A stretch of 64,000 nucleotides of DNA, from contig OZ193910.1 in the NCBI GenBank assembly GCA_964276515.1, positions 1,674,001 through 1,738,000 of the forward strand, written 5' to 3'. This stretch comes from Gordius albopunctatus. Its lineage: Eukaryota. Positions 1 through 12,501 of this stretch are shown piece after piece. Each line of letters starts with the position of its first letter. Positions within the stretch are counted from its first letter, which is position 1. The notes under the pieces are model-generated. The model was given only the letters and a program-made list of their open reading frames with translations, was not told where the DNA came from and did no database searches. Position numbers and translations under genes: made by a program.

Positions 1-271
1 GAGATTCTACAGTGAAAAATGCATCTAGTTAAATAACAAAGAAACGATGTAATTCAAGAACAATGTTAAACTTTGGCAAATAAATAAGTCAAACACGTAA
101 ATCAATTATCATTACTAATCTATATTAATGAAACTTGGCTTGTATTTGTATTGCACCTTCATATTCTATTTTAAAAGTTGAGAAATCTCTTCTCAGTCTA
201 AAACACAAGGGACGGAAATTATTTGTATAAATCGTTTTCTATCTAAATTAAATCTCAAGTTATTTAAGGTT

Positions 272-1040
272 ATTCTTCTTCTTTATCAGTTATTCGGTCC
301 CACATTCGTGTGGTTTGTTTTGATAAGTTTCTTCCATCTTGACCGGGTGAGTGCCATTGACGAATCTCTTTAGTTTTCATGACTTTATCGAGTTGCCCTT
401 TCCACGTGACACGGGGTCGTCCTCTTCCTCTCTTCCCCAGCTCCATGCCCAGTACTTTTCAATTTACGTCATCCATATCCCTTCTAAGTATATGCCCCCC
501 ATACCACCTTAGCCGATTTTCGTTAATCATGTCCGCCATAGGTTGTTGAATACCCATTTTTGTCATGAGAAAGTCATTCGTCATATGGTCGAGCTTAGTA
601 TACCCCAAGCTCCACCCTATCATTCTCATCTCTGTGGCTTGTAATAGCTTTCCTTCCGTGGTGTTTAATGCCCATGTTTCACTTCCATAGAATAACACCG
701 GTCTTACGATGGATTTGTAAGCTTTGCTTTTTAACCATATTGACATTTTCTTGTCGCACATTACACCGGATATATATCGCCATTTAAGCCATCCTTTTTG
801 GATCTGCGCATTGACTTCCGTTGCGCAACCTCCCGAGTCCCGATGTAGCATCGAGCCGGGTATGTAAATCTTTCTACTTTTGGGTACTTTAGATGGTCAT
901 CCAGCGATGGGGTGCCTTTACCGTGTATACCGTTTTTAAATCTTTGACTTTTAAACCATATCCAGCTAAGCGCTTTGACCACTTTTCGTCTTCTTCGAAT
1001 ACTTTCTCCCTTGTTTCCTCGCACCACAGTACCATATCAT
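272..1040 (-). mobile_element. RTE-clade LINE, 3' fragment (RT C-terminus plus (AAG)n tail), frameshifted
   Basis: ORF 459-851 (GWLKWRYISGVMCDKK...KAYKSIVRPVLFYGSETW...RLRWYG) closely resembles the C-terminus of the RTE at 35672-38739. The minus strand ends ATAAAGAAGAAGAA at about 272-285. Confidence 0.9.
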
Positions 1041-1115
1041 TAGAGCTGTTAAAGTTCATCTTAATTATAAACTAGTTCAAGTTCAGTCGATCTTGCCAAA
1101 TTAGTACAAGAGGAT

Positions 1116-1175
1116 CCAGACTTAAGTTCTGGCCTTCAAATGAGGTCGTGGGTTCAGATCCCACTTCTGACACCA
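1116..1175 (+). pseudogene. 5'-truncated tRNA-Leu(TAA)-like sequence with encoded CCA
   Basis: CCAGA-CTTAAGT-TCTGG anticodon arm, long variable arm, GTGGG-TTCAGAT-CCCAC T arm, then TTCTGACA-CCA. The D arm and 5' acceptor strand are absent. Confidence 0.75.
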
Positions 1176-1859
1176 CTTATTTTGAGCTGAATAATATACT
1201 TTCGAAAGAGGTGGTTAAAATATTTATTATATAATTCCAAAATAATACAAGATAAAAATTATTCGGTAAACGAATTAATACAGCTGTAATAATAATATAT
1301 TTTCGTCAATACGTTACAATGTCGATAATTCACTTTTATATAATACAAGTTATAATACTAATTCCTGCATGGAGAAGTTACAACTCCTTACAAGTTCATA
1401 GTTCATTTTGGAAAATAAAATTAGTTTTAGTTCAAGTTCAAATTTTACAAAATGAACTAGTTCAAGTTCAATTCACAGTTCATTTCATTAAAAAAATATA
1501 TTATAGAATTTTAATCCGATCCGAGAGGTTTTTGAAAAACGTTCTGATTAAAAATCACTTCTAAATCCAATCCGCAATTTTAAAACTCTATGAATCAAAT
1601 TTTTATTTATGATTAAGTTTATTTAAACTTATTGTTTATTTTAAGTTAGAAATAGCCCATTATAAAATCTAAGTTAATAAACATTTTTCATATATCAATA
1701 AGCTTTTTTATACAAAACTAAATTAGCCATATAATAACAATTATATGTGTAAAACTTTTGATTTCAAACAATATAACTGTCGTGGTTTCTTCTGCGCTAA
1801 CCCTCACCTTTCTCTCTCTCTCTCCTTGCAATTGATGATAGAAATCAAGGGGAAATAGA

Positions 1860-2015
1860 TGGGAAACTTCAATAATATATTATTTTCAGAATTATTATTT
1901 AATAAAGATGAAAGTTTATCCACAAAGAGAGGTTTTCCTAAATTGAACAGTCTTTCAACAAGAGCACTAGATGGAATGCAAACGTTATATTTAATAAAAA
2001 TTTGTTTTAAATGGG
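1860..2015 (-). mobile_element. hAT transposase C-terminal dimerisation domain relic
   Basis: LKQIFIKYNVCIPSSALVERLFNLG matches the hAT P-S-S-A-x-x-E-R-x-F motif. Repeated AGTTCAAGTTCA motifs at about 1045-1090 and 1390-1490 may be its subterminal repeats. Confidence 0.6.
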
Positions 2016-2019
2016 ATAA

Positions 2020-2361
2020 TCTTATATATAAAAGTGAAACTATGTATGTGTGTGTATGCCGCCACCAATTTTGGAAAACAACCAGACCGATTTGGCTCAA
2101 AATTTTACAATTTATTCCTGACAGTCCGGAGAATATTTTAAGATTTGTTCGAGCCAAATCGGTGCAGTAGTTTTCGAGTATTCGTACGCGTTGCACTGCA
2201 TACGGAAATGGGAACAATAGAAGTAGAACATATAGGCGACATCAAACTTTATTTATACTTCAATAACCGCTTTATCATCATATATGATGCCCTAAAATTC
2301 CAACATAATTTAATACACGCCCCGGGTAAATGGCAAAACAACCTTTGCCGGGTTCATCTAG
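2020..2361 (+). mobile_element. Non-autonomous Helitron
   Basis: 5' TC-TTATATATAAAA, a (TG/TATG) microsatellite, 3' hairpin GGCAAA-acaacc-TTTGCC followed by CTAG; inserted between A and T with no TSD. Confidence 0.75.
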
Positions 2362-2741
2362 TTAAAAATAAATATTAGTTAACACATGAATAACATTTAT
2401 AAGTATGGTGCTAGTCTCGGTTGGAAGGCAGGGAGACGTAAGGGTAGTGCTGTAATAGTGGCTCGGTTTTGTTTGGTCGACCTTTAGTTTTAGTCGACCA
2501 AACATCAACAAACCAAAGATTTTTTGGCCAGTTTTTATTAGTCGCATAAACCCTTTTAAGACTCTAGGTATAAGATTTCAAAATCTTATTGATTATGACA
2601 TCTATGATGATATTCTTCGTAAATATATAGTGCTTAGTATGGGTGTGCAAAAACTCGGTTTATAAATCTCAACTCGCCTATATTAAAAGCCTCTGCATTT
2701 GACTAAGCCATGTTGGGGTGGAAAAAGATAAGTGTCATTAC

Positions 2742-3608
2742 TTGAAATATGATGAGCCCGTAGACAACCAAGTAAACGTTGATGTATTTGAACCTTTTAC
2801 GAATACACAATCTAAAATTTGCACTAAAAGCCTCTTGGACAATGTTCAATTGCCCAATATTAACGGCAAAGACTAGGACTATAGCTGTTAGCAATAAAAA
2901 CTGAGCGATCCTACACGATTCGACCCTTGATAAAAGTGGGATAAGATAGATAAGGATGGATAGGGTGCCTAAGCATGACCCGGAGAACAGAATATACATC
3001 ATTTGTTTGTGGACCAAATTAAAGATTCTGGAATTTCGATAAGTGATGTAAACGACCGAGAGGAATATGAAATAAAGCGTACTAAACACGACGAGGGCTA
3101 ACAAAGCGTAACACGTAACGGAGAAAGTAGGACACATGAAATTAATTGGCAAGTGACTGCATTGATTGTGAACTTGTATGTTAGGCCACATAAATCGCGG
3201 ACAACCTTGACATCTTGTAATTCCCGTGGTTTGAAGCACTTCCCACCGCTGGCATCTTATGCACTTCCAACAGCAAGGTTGACCGGTTAACATAAGATGT
3301 TCGCTATCCTTGCAGGGAGCCCTGCACCGAGAAAGGGGAGCTTCGAATGCATCTCTAAATGTTTGATTGTTCCAAATCAAAGGCCTCACGATTTTTAAAT
3401 CATCTTGAGTGGCATTAAATTCGGCAACCTTTTCGTAATAAAATTCATTACCCGGTTCGATCATGGCTTTCTTCAACAAAGTTCCCTGCATATTTTTCTG
3501 GTACACTGACCTAAACTGAACAATCTTAATTATTTTAGTTATTGATCTATGTTTGGTGTTGAACGATAATGACTCGCTTCTTCCCTGGAATGAAACGTTG
3601 CGTAAGAA
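2742..3608 (-). pseudogene. Truncated class C GPCR exon (end of Venus flytrap, cysteine-rich domain, TM1-TM4), paralog of the 25692-29941 gene
   Basis: NVSFQGRS...PLSRCRAPC...CCWKCIRC...CQGCPRFMWP aligns with exon 3 of the plus-strand GPCR and ends at the same donor position (IFQ|GTAATG). No upstream or downstream exon found. Confidence 0.8.
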
Positions 3609-4395
3609 TCTTTTTCCCATCGAAAATATCTCAAGAACTTCATCTGTAGTGGGAGCTAATTCCCGATGAATCACTAAAAGGGCAAATGTATTTAATCTAT
3701 TTTTCGACATAGTATTTCATATATACGTTTTAAGCCTCCTCAACGCTGAGAAACTTTTTTCATTGGTTCATGTAGTGAAGTGATGATAGGAAGACAAGGA
3801 AGCTAATAGGTAAAGAAGAGTTGTGATGTTGGGTAAAGATTCCTATATTTTTAACATTCTTTGGACGAAATTCTTCTGAAGTCCGAGACAACGCCATATG
3901 CCATATACTATCAAATTCTGATTTAAGGTCTTCGTTTGTCCCCTTAAGATCATTGGGATAAAAGTCCCATAGAAAGTTCATTTTCATCCGCGTTTCTGGC
4001 GAAACAATCAAAGAATTCGAAGGAAATAATATTTGGAAATTTGCTGCCAAAACTTTTTTCTTGTCCACGAACCGTTCATTGAGTTGTAGAATGAACATAT
4101 CGAGCAAAGGTATAAAAATAGTGATTTTGTAATAATCCTCAATGGATTCAGTTAAAATATTACTTCGACAAGTTCGTTTCTTTGCATATCGAAGTTTCTT
4201 AAGGTCAAAATCATACAACTTAGCCTTAGTTTCGACTACTAAAAAAATTTCCCGAAACTCTTCATCAACATTGTTTCTTATTAATTTCATTTGATTTACT
4301 AAAGCTTCGACTAACTGTGTGACTTGCTAAAGATCTAGGTCCCTTTTTTGCAATTTCTTGCATAATATGGACGTAGAGCCAAAGAGTTTATTTAG
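3609..4395 (-). mobile_element. hAT transposase remnant (THAP12/ZMYM1-like), C-terminal half, with stops and a frameshift
   Basis: KLQKRDLDL...EDYYKITIFIPLLDMFILQLNERF...EKSFSALRRLKTY-x-NTMSKNRLNTFALLVIHRE are typical motifs of this hAT subgroup. Confidence 0.85.
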
Positions 4396-5300
4396 GCATA
4401 GAAGGGAAATAATATATTCACATTGTCGTAATGCAGTGAGCAAAGTTGCAGCGTTTCATATCGCAAAAGGAAAACAAAAATAATAGTCAATAGTCTTTTT
4501 GTCGAAATTTTATTCAAAAATAAAAAAAGTATATATCGGTATATATTTAATAAATTGCATTGCATAGCAATTAATAAGTGTCTTAATTGGTCAGGGGTAC
4601 TTTGCACAACTATAAAATATAAACATTAGATCTAAAATATTTTTACGCCACTGCTGGTGATGATAAATCAATCGTTGCCTTCTTAATGAATTAATTTTTG
4701 TACTCGTTTAATTTAAATTCATTAAATTTTAATATAATGATATAACAAATCAAAACTAAAGTTTGTCAAACTTTAAGAATTGTCGATGAAACTTACATTA
4801 AGGTTGTGCTTGTGCAGTCAAATCGTTAATCAAGACGAATTTTGCTGATAAATTAAATAATAACAGAATAACAAAGAATTTAGCGATAATAGAAGCTAAT
4901 AATTATATGTGCCGCTAATTGAATAAGAACAAACAACTGCTAACGATGAATTTGAATTTAATTAAATATATAATAGCCCCGATGTGATTTTACACGTCAC
5001 CTTGAATGTTTTTTTCCAATTTTTATGTAGGGTGTAAAGATCGTAACTATGTTATAAATTGTATGTTTATTATGTTGATATCTAATATAGTCTAAACAAA
5101 ATTTTCATTTCATCCCACTTAAAATAATTGATGTAGGAACTATTCTTTTAGGTCTAAATACTTAAAAATCACAATTTTTGTAATATACTGGAATATTTTT
5201 ACGTATCGTATAAACACTCAAATTATCCTATTAAAGTCGGAGATCCTCAGATTTTCCTTATCACCATCTTGGTATTTTTAGGCCGACAAAAGGAGTGGTA

Positions 5301-5583
5301 GGGCTTGTCTTAATATCGGATTCAGATTCAAATGGCGCATATATATCTTTATCAAATATCTGATTCAATTTCATGTGTTAAACTCGGTTGTAATGACTAA
5401 TATTTTGTTTTTTGATAGTTAAAAACGTTTTTTTTTTGTTTATTTCAACTCTTGAGATTAATTGCTGTTTTGTTAGCCATCCGAAATGTAAATCTGCCGT
5501 GAATTGGAAGTTAAGACACGGCTATGCTATAACTTGTACAACTATTTTTGCTGCGCAGCAAAATCTGATATTAAGACGAGCCC
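5301..5583. mobile_element. PIF/Harbinger-type MITE, copy 1
   Basis: TIR GGGCTTGTCTTAATATCGGATT ... AATCTGATATTAAGACGAGCCC; inverted relative to copies 2 and 3. Confidence 0.8.
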
Positions 5584-6367
5584 TTAAACAAAAGTCAGAA
5601 AAAGAAAAGGGTACAGCACGCGAAACAGAACTTAAAATTGTAACATTGAAATACCTCTACTTTTCGATAAAAAATAAAACTATTAATATTGCAAGATTAT
5701 TCTTAGTGGTGCGGAAAAACCGAGAAACGTCTCTAGACGAGAATTTGAAAAATCGACCCGATATCAAAATGAAAATTTTGATTTACATTTAAGGTATTAA
5801 ATATAAATCAATATGATAGGAATATATTTGATATTAAATCAACACCTAAGTGCAGTTAATATTATATATTTTTGAAAAAAGTTTAAAATTTGGCAATTAC
5901 AGTTTATTTACCTAAGTTTGGGTGACACTTAGGGTATGTGAATAATTTTATAGTATATTTATCACATATTATTGTATCCATAGCATTATTAAACCATGAA
6001 TTGCATAGCAATTAATATTACAAAATTTTAGCCTTAGAATAAGTTCCTATCGAGTAACAAATATTAGAAAAGCATATTTGAATTTCGCAGTTTCTATCAT
6101 TCATGCGCGGTAATTATAAATTGGTGGCCAATTAGTTTAAATGATTATACAAGTTAGGCTAAGGTAGCTCGAAATTTTTTGAGCACGCATACAATTGAGT
6201 ATACGATGGCACTGTAATAGATTAAATCATCAGTTTTCTAGAAGTTTTTATAGTTCAACTAATAGTATACCCCCTAAATTTTTGATAATAAGACATTAGG
6301 TAAATACATTGGATTGACAGGTGCATTCGAATTTAATTTACTGTATATAATTGTGAAAATTGTGTAA

Positions 6368-6726
6368 GGGCTTGTCTTAATATCGGATTTTGCTGCGCAG
6401 CAAAAATCGTCCTACGAGTTATAACATAGCCGTGTCTTAACTTCGAATTCACGGCAGATTTGCATGTCAGACGCATAACATAACAGCGATTTTGAAGGAT
6501 GCAAATTTTTCCTTAAGCTTAAATTTTGTATGTTTTTTAATTTTTAGGTATCGGCGAAGCTTAGATTTAATCTTAAGAGTTTAAATAAACAAAAAAAACG
6601 GGTTTAATTATCAAAAAACAAAATATTAATAATTACAACCGAGTTTGACGCATAAAATCGAATCGGATATTTAGACAAAAATAAATTCGCGCGATTTGAA
6701 TCTGAATCCGATATTAAGACAAGCCC
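6368..6726. mobile_element. PIF/Harbinger-type MITE, copy 2
   Basis: Same 22-bp TIR, perfect in this copy, with a TAA target-site duplication on both sides. Confidence 0.85.
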
Positions 6727-6948
6727 TAAGATAAAATACACGAACTTATACGGTACTAGAATAACTAATTAAGGTCAAAATTAGTTAGAATTGAAAGGTA
6801 ATTATTTAGAATACAAATTTGATTATATTAATTTCTGTCATAAAATAAAATACAAGCACTTTAATTTAAAGTTTAAAATTTTGTTGATCCTATAATAATG
6901 TTGCTTTTATTGTAGTTTTTACAACGTTTTAATATGTGCAACTAATTA

Positions 6949-8108
6949 CACAGCTCTAAAAATATTGACTTTGTAATTTTATCCCGCTATCTAACTATAA
7001 TTATGATAGAGAATTTTGCGCTGATTAAGAATGTGTTTTTAGTTTTTTCCCAAAACCTCCCGTTTAAACGAGGTTGAAGGTGCAAAATATGCCCATTTTA
7101 TCCCTTTTTGAGGCTCAATAGCCACGAAATTTTTAATTTATATCAAAAAATATTAATTTATTCCTGTAGATTAAAGTTTTATCTATAAATCCATTATTTT
7201 ATTTTTTATATCGCCCTTATATTTAAATTTATTTGCGTTTACGTAAACCCCTTCCCCTTATCAAAATTCGTCCCGCTATATCTGGAAAAAGGAGTACATT
7301 AGAGTTCATTCTACACACGCGCTGCTTACTAACACATCTCTCTCTCCCTTTCTCCATCTCTTCCACTCCCGCCCCAACCATATCTATCCAATGTGTTAGG
7401 GCTTGTCTTAACTTAATATCGGATTTTGCTGCGCAGCAAAAATCGTTGTACGGGTTATAACATAACCGTGTCTAAACTTCGAATTCACAGCGGCAGATTT
7501 ACATGTCAGACGCATAATATAACAGCGATTAATCTCAAGAGTTGAAATAAATAAAAAACGGATTTAACTATCAAAAAACAAAATATTAGTCATTACAACC
7601 GAGTTTAACACATGAAATTGAATCAGATATTTGATAAAGATAAATTCGCGCCTTTTGAATCTGAATCCGATATTAAGACAAGCCCTTAGTAAACATCGCG
7701 TACACAGTATGTACTCTACTGTACTCCTTTTTCCAGACGTTGTGGGGCGAATTTTGATAAGGGGAGGGGTTCACGTAAACGCGTATAAATGTAAATATAG
7801 AGGTGAAATAAAAATAATAAATTAATACACGGGGAGATGAGACTTCAATATACACAAAAACACTAATTTTTTCAATATAAATTTAAAATGGCGTTGGTAT
7901 TTAACTTCAAAATACCTTAAAAAGGCCTTTTTTTGCACCTTTAACTTCATATATCTAAAAAACTGGAAATTTTGGAAAAAAAACTAAAAACATATTTGTG
8001 ATCAGCGCAAAATTCTCTATCAGAATTATTGGTCCGCTTGCAGGATGGTTTTTTTTGTAGACCTGTGAATTATAGTTAGATAGCGGGATGATTTTTTGTA
8101 GACCTGTG
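6949..8108. mobile_element. Palindromic non-autonomous DNA transposon with CACAG...CTGTG ends (Transib-like)
   Basis: Long inverted arms (about 7005-7330 versus 7690-8025). AATTA flanks both 6949 and 8067 (possible 5-bp TSD), and a second right end lies at 8108. A related copy lies at 42540-43473. Confidence 0.65.
7399..7685. mobile_element. PIF/Harbinger-type MITE, copy 3, nested in the palindromic element
   Basis: Same TIR family, with a TTA duplication on both sides. Confidence 0.85.
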
Positions 8109-8760
8109 TTATCAATTCTGTAAATAATAACATTACCATAAAAAGTCACTCGGAAGGGGGGCAAAGTTCTTAATTTATTTATGATATATAATATGAGCAA
8201 ATATTGTAAGTTAATAAATTATAGCAAATAGAAATTAAATCTTCTATCTGATCGAGTTTACTGCTTAATACTTTAACAGATTTAGCTGCTTCGACTCGCC
8301 TCTCGAGCCTTTTTACATGCTACTGTTAAACCTAGTACACCGAACAGCGAGCACTCATTGTGCTAACTAGCATATTAAACAGCTCAGTGTGCGTGATCGC
8401 GTTTGGAGTTGAAGATAGTTAGCCAATTAACACCACTAGTAAGTGAGATGTCGTGTCGCGCTAAATCTTTAAAATGTTTGTGTATTAAGGTTTTTTTAAA
8501 AATATAAAGGTGGCTGCTTGCATTTTTAATACCTATTAAATATTTTTAATAAAACAGGATAAATTTTTTCGAATAATTTTTTTTTAAAAAGTCGAGACAA
8601 TTCGAGAATTCTCGTTGAGACCGAGATTTTTCTTGACCGAGACGAGATCGAAACGCTAATTAATCTTAGCCATAGACTAGATCGATTGCTTATGTCATAT
8701 TATAAATTGAGTGACGATTTTTCTTCCATTTTAAAGATAACAACCGGTGTATACCATACA

Positions 8761-9110
8761 ATGTCGTTTTGCGCTGTGCCCTTTTGTTCCAACAGAAGAA
8801 GTCGCGATAAACAATAAAGTGAAAGGGGTATTAATAAATAACCTAAGCCGTAAAATTTTTTTAATACTTTGTAAGCTTTGAATATTATAAGATGTCCACT
8901 AAGAATTATAGAATATGGATCCTTTCCCTATGAAAAATGCACAAGAGGTCAAAGACCTGATGTCCGTCCTTAGTGAGTTCTCTAAGTCAACTAATCAATA
9001 AGCCTTAGTACCGATAAAGGTCTATCAGGAGTGGGATGTAATCAATGTTGTTAGATGCAACATCCTTTATTTAGAGGTCGAGGCGGCGGTCTACGTTTTC
9101 CATAATCAAA
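8761..9110 (+). mobile_element. Possible THAP/P-element-like transposon relic
   Basis: ATG-initiated MSFCAVPFCSNRR resembles a THAP N-terminus. Downstream GRGGGLRFP resembles the RGGLxxPS motif. Many stops. Confidence 0.35.
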
Positions 9111-10970
9111 GGTCAATGTCTAGCAGAACAATCTATAGATACGACTAAATTTTGATAATTTATTTAGCTTAAATAATTTTCAAACGCTTCCTAGAATTTA
9201 GCCAAAATTAATGCATTTTTCGCTTGTCATGTTGTTACACCTTTTTGCCTATGCCCTCAATTGACTGATTAATGGAGTGGATGTGGACGTTTTGTCCCAA
9301 CACTGTGGAATACCGCACAATTGCAACAATACTTAATTTTTAACTATTAAATTATTGGACTTAATTTGTGAGGAAGATTTAGAGGATTCATATGGGCGAA
9401 TTGATATTATGGTCGACTCCTTTGTCAAAGAAATACGGGTTCGAATTTGCCTTGCTCAGATGGCGAAATAATGATAAATAGCTTAATAATTAAGACTTTA
9501 TTTAATCTTGTAAAGATCTAATTTTTCTAATTATACCAGAAAAAAATGATAATATGTAAGAGGAAATGGATGGGGAAGCGCATGCGTATATAAAATCAAT
9601 GAAGTGTGATCAATACCACATTTATGTAGATTGTGTAAATGATATTTATTTTAGAATGCTATTTTTTATATCTAACCAGTTCAATATTTGTTTAGTTATT
9701 TTTTTTTAATTATAAATACAAAAACAGGTCCGATCTCTAATGCAAAAGAGATTGTTTTGTGACTAATTCCATAATCCAAGAAATTTGATGCTTTTCATAT
9801 ATATTTTCCTATTAATTTTTTTCGTCTTGGATGATTTTATGTGGCTTGTTTTTCAACTTGGGAGCTATATGGTAAGCTTCTTCTAATTTCTCCCTCAAAC
9901 ACTATATAAGCCTTTGGACACACACTTATATGGAATGGATGTCTGGCAATAATATTAAAAAAATTAAGGTGTATATAACTTTAATGCCACAAAAATATAT
10001 TAAAGAACAAGATTCCCTTATTTAGAAAAAAGCGACAGTTTTAATGCTATGCATAAAAAATGCAAATTATATTAAATACGCACTAAAACACCAAAAAGTA
10101 ATTGTGTTCATAAGTTTTGAACTTCAACATACAAGAAAATGAATTTGGCCAAAAACCTATTAAAGAAAATTTTCAATTTTAATTGAAGCTTGCCCACATA
10201 GGTTCATGAATGTCTCATGATCATTTAACTCAATAAAATAAAGATTAGTATTATTTAAAAAATCCTAACATTTAGTCTGATAAATTAGTTAATTTATTTA
10301 TAGTGCAAACATCTTTATAATACATATAAGGACTAGGTTATAACCATAAATTTTGTATTTCTGAAAAATTTAAATAATCTTTTTATAGGTAAAGGTAAAA
10401 AATTATAAAATCAGGTCAATTTGAAATGTAGGACCATATAACTCTAGGTACACCAACTTTCCGATATAGGGTTAACAATTAGTAAATTTAAAATTAATAT
10501 CCATTAGTCATTGACTCAAAAGTTTAATAACATTTTCACCAAGTTTTATGCTATAGTATGGTTATTATACTTTATTTAGCCTCTATAAAAAATATTATAA
10601 ATACTTAAAAAGGAAATCCATACATAACATCAAAAGTGTAATTCATTATAGTTTTTAATAATTATAATCAAAATTGAAAATAAAATAAACGGATGATTGT
10701 ATATTGATAATTAGTGTTTTATAAATTGGGTTTTCTTTCACTAACCAAAAATTTCTCTTGTTTGATTTAATATAAAATCAAAAATCATAGGGCAGGTATT
10801 TTATATGAAATGAATTCTATCTTATATTAATTTCAACCAATCATATTATCAAAAAAGCATCTCTTAAAGATTAAAATTACTTTTTGTAAAATTCTTAAAA
10901 CAAATAGATCCTATTCACAGGGTTGTCGGGTAAAATTATAAATTATCATATGAATAAAATTACCTTAATT

Positions 10971-11858
10971 TTAATCATTGTAGCTATACAAATATTGCAT
11001 AATGTACCCTTGAATATTAATGTAGGGATTATTAAGGTGCTTAATAGGAATCAAGATTGTTTCAAAAATTTTATATTCATTGTCCTTTATGATAGAATCA
11101 TTTGCTGCAATAATGGAAGTTGATGCAAAATTTGAAAAGTTAGACATATCTGCACTAATCCAAGGAAATTTTAAATTAGATTGCAGTTGTGAAAATAATG
11201 ATTGTTCTTGAAATTTTTGTTTTGTATTTTTAAATCTTGTATTGGATGTTGAGACATTTGTGTCCAATATCTTTAGTTGAGCTTCAAATGTCTTCAAATT
11301 TGGTTGACATATATCAGCCAAGTTAAGCACCATATTTTGCAAACATCTACTAGTTGATGCAGTTGTTGAATAAGGGGTAGAAGTTATCAGCTTATTTTGA
11401 GATATATTGCCTGCTTGCTTTGGAGATACCAACAATGCTAAAATAAAATCTCGAAATTGTTGTTCAATAATTTCTAATATGCTTTGATGTTTCAAATTGT
11501 CAACTTCCTCATTGATTATACTAAAATCTAATTTCTCCTTGATGCAATTACCAAATTCAAACACATAACTCTGCAATTGGATTTTATTGTGGTCCCCAAG
11601 TAAAAAGCCATATATATTAATTGTTAAAGATTCAAGCGAATTTTCCCCTAAAATCTTTTTCGTGGATTCAATTAAACCATTTATATATTCAACAGTTTGT
11701 TTGTGGCAGCATTTATATACAGGAATATTATAAAATCGAACTTTGACAAATAGATTTAAAGAATATATTTCTGCCGCATATAAAATTTGATTAATACATA
11801 CTTCCAAAAATTCACATATTATGTCAGGCCAATATATATTAAATTCAGAAGATTTCAT
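10971..11858 (-). CDS. MAD2L2: REV7/MAD2B HORMA-domain protein (DNA polymerase zeta accessory subunit), single exon, 295 aa from ATG 11858
   Basis: DIICEFLEVCINQILY...FVKVRFYNIPVYKCCH...EYI, SYVFE, IEQQFRDFI, FPWISAD and LIPIK correspond in order to the REV7 motifs (CEFLEV..H.ILY, YNVPV..SCHP, FVFE, FPWILAD, LIPLK). Confidence 0.9.
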   Translation of the reverse strand: MKSSEFNIYWPDIICEFLEVCINQILYAAEIYSLNLFVKVRFYNIPVYKCCHKQTVEYINGLIESTKKILGENSLESLTINIYGFLLGDHNKIQLQSYVFEFGNCIKEKLDFSIINEEVDNLKHQSILEIIEQQFRDFILALLVSPKQAGNISQNKLITSTPYSTTASTSRCLQNMVLNLADICQPNLKTFEAQLKILDTNVSTSNTRFKNTKQKFQEQSLFSQLQSNLKFPWISADMSNFSNFASTSIIAANDSIIKDNEYKIFETILIPIKHLNNPYINIQGYIMQYLYSYND

Positions 11859-11968
11859 ATTGTGACGCTGGTTATGTATTCTCGATTCCAAGTGGTAAAT
11901 AATGAATCATAACGCAAAACGTTTAGCGTACGTTAATTTGTTATTACTGTTTACAATAACACCCCTTC

Positions 11969-12501
11969 TGTTAAGGCTATTTGAATTTATTCAAAATCAA
12001 TGGAATATAACCACGTTACAAGTAACACGCGCGAGAAGAGAACAACCGCGATCGAACATACGATAATAAGAAAAACGCGAGAGGAAACATAAAATCGGGT
12101 TCGTGTTCGGGTTTAAGGAATTGGGCTCGGCTTCGGGTACAGGTTCGGATTCAAGAAATTATATTAAAAATGCCGGAAACATAAAAATATTGAAATTAAA
12201 ATCGTATGGTTTTCGTTACATTGTCATGATAGAGAAAACTGAGATATTCAATTCACAATATATTTTTGAATGAAAAACCCGAACCCGAAATCTTTTTTGT
12301 ATTCATCGGGTTCGGGTTTTAAGGGTATTTTTAAAAATAGTTTCGGGTTCTGTAAAACATCGGGTTTTACCGGGTTCAGGTTCTGAAAAAACCCCTGGAG
12401 GAAAGAACCAAAATATATATATAATCACGTGTTGTATCCTTTTTCTCCACAGGCAAAATAGAACTTTAGAGTACCTTAAACATCGTCAGGTATCCTCTAC
12501 A
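11969..12501 (-). mobile_element. Probable 3' LTR of the Gypsy element, interrupted by a hAT-like repeat (about 12096-12397)
   Basis: The minus strand reads PPT GAAAAGGGGGGAAG (12515-12502) then TGTAGAGG; the distal end reads AATAAA...CCTTAACA. The 11969 boundary is inferred because there is no 5' LTR to compare. Confidence 0.6.

Noticed and set aside
11859..11891. Longer REV7 start given by the ORF track
   Set aside because: It starts at TTG; the first in-frame ATG is at 11858, just before the conserved HORMA region.
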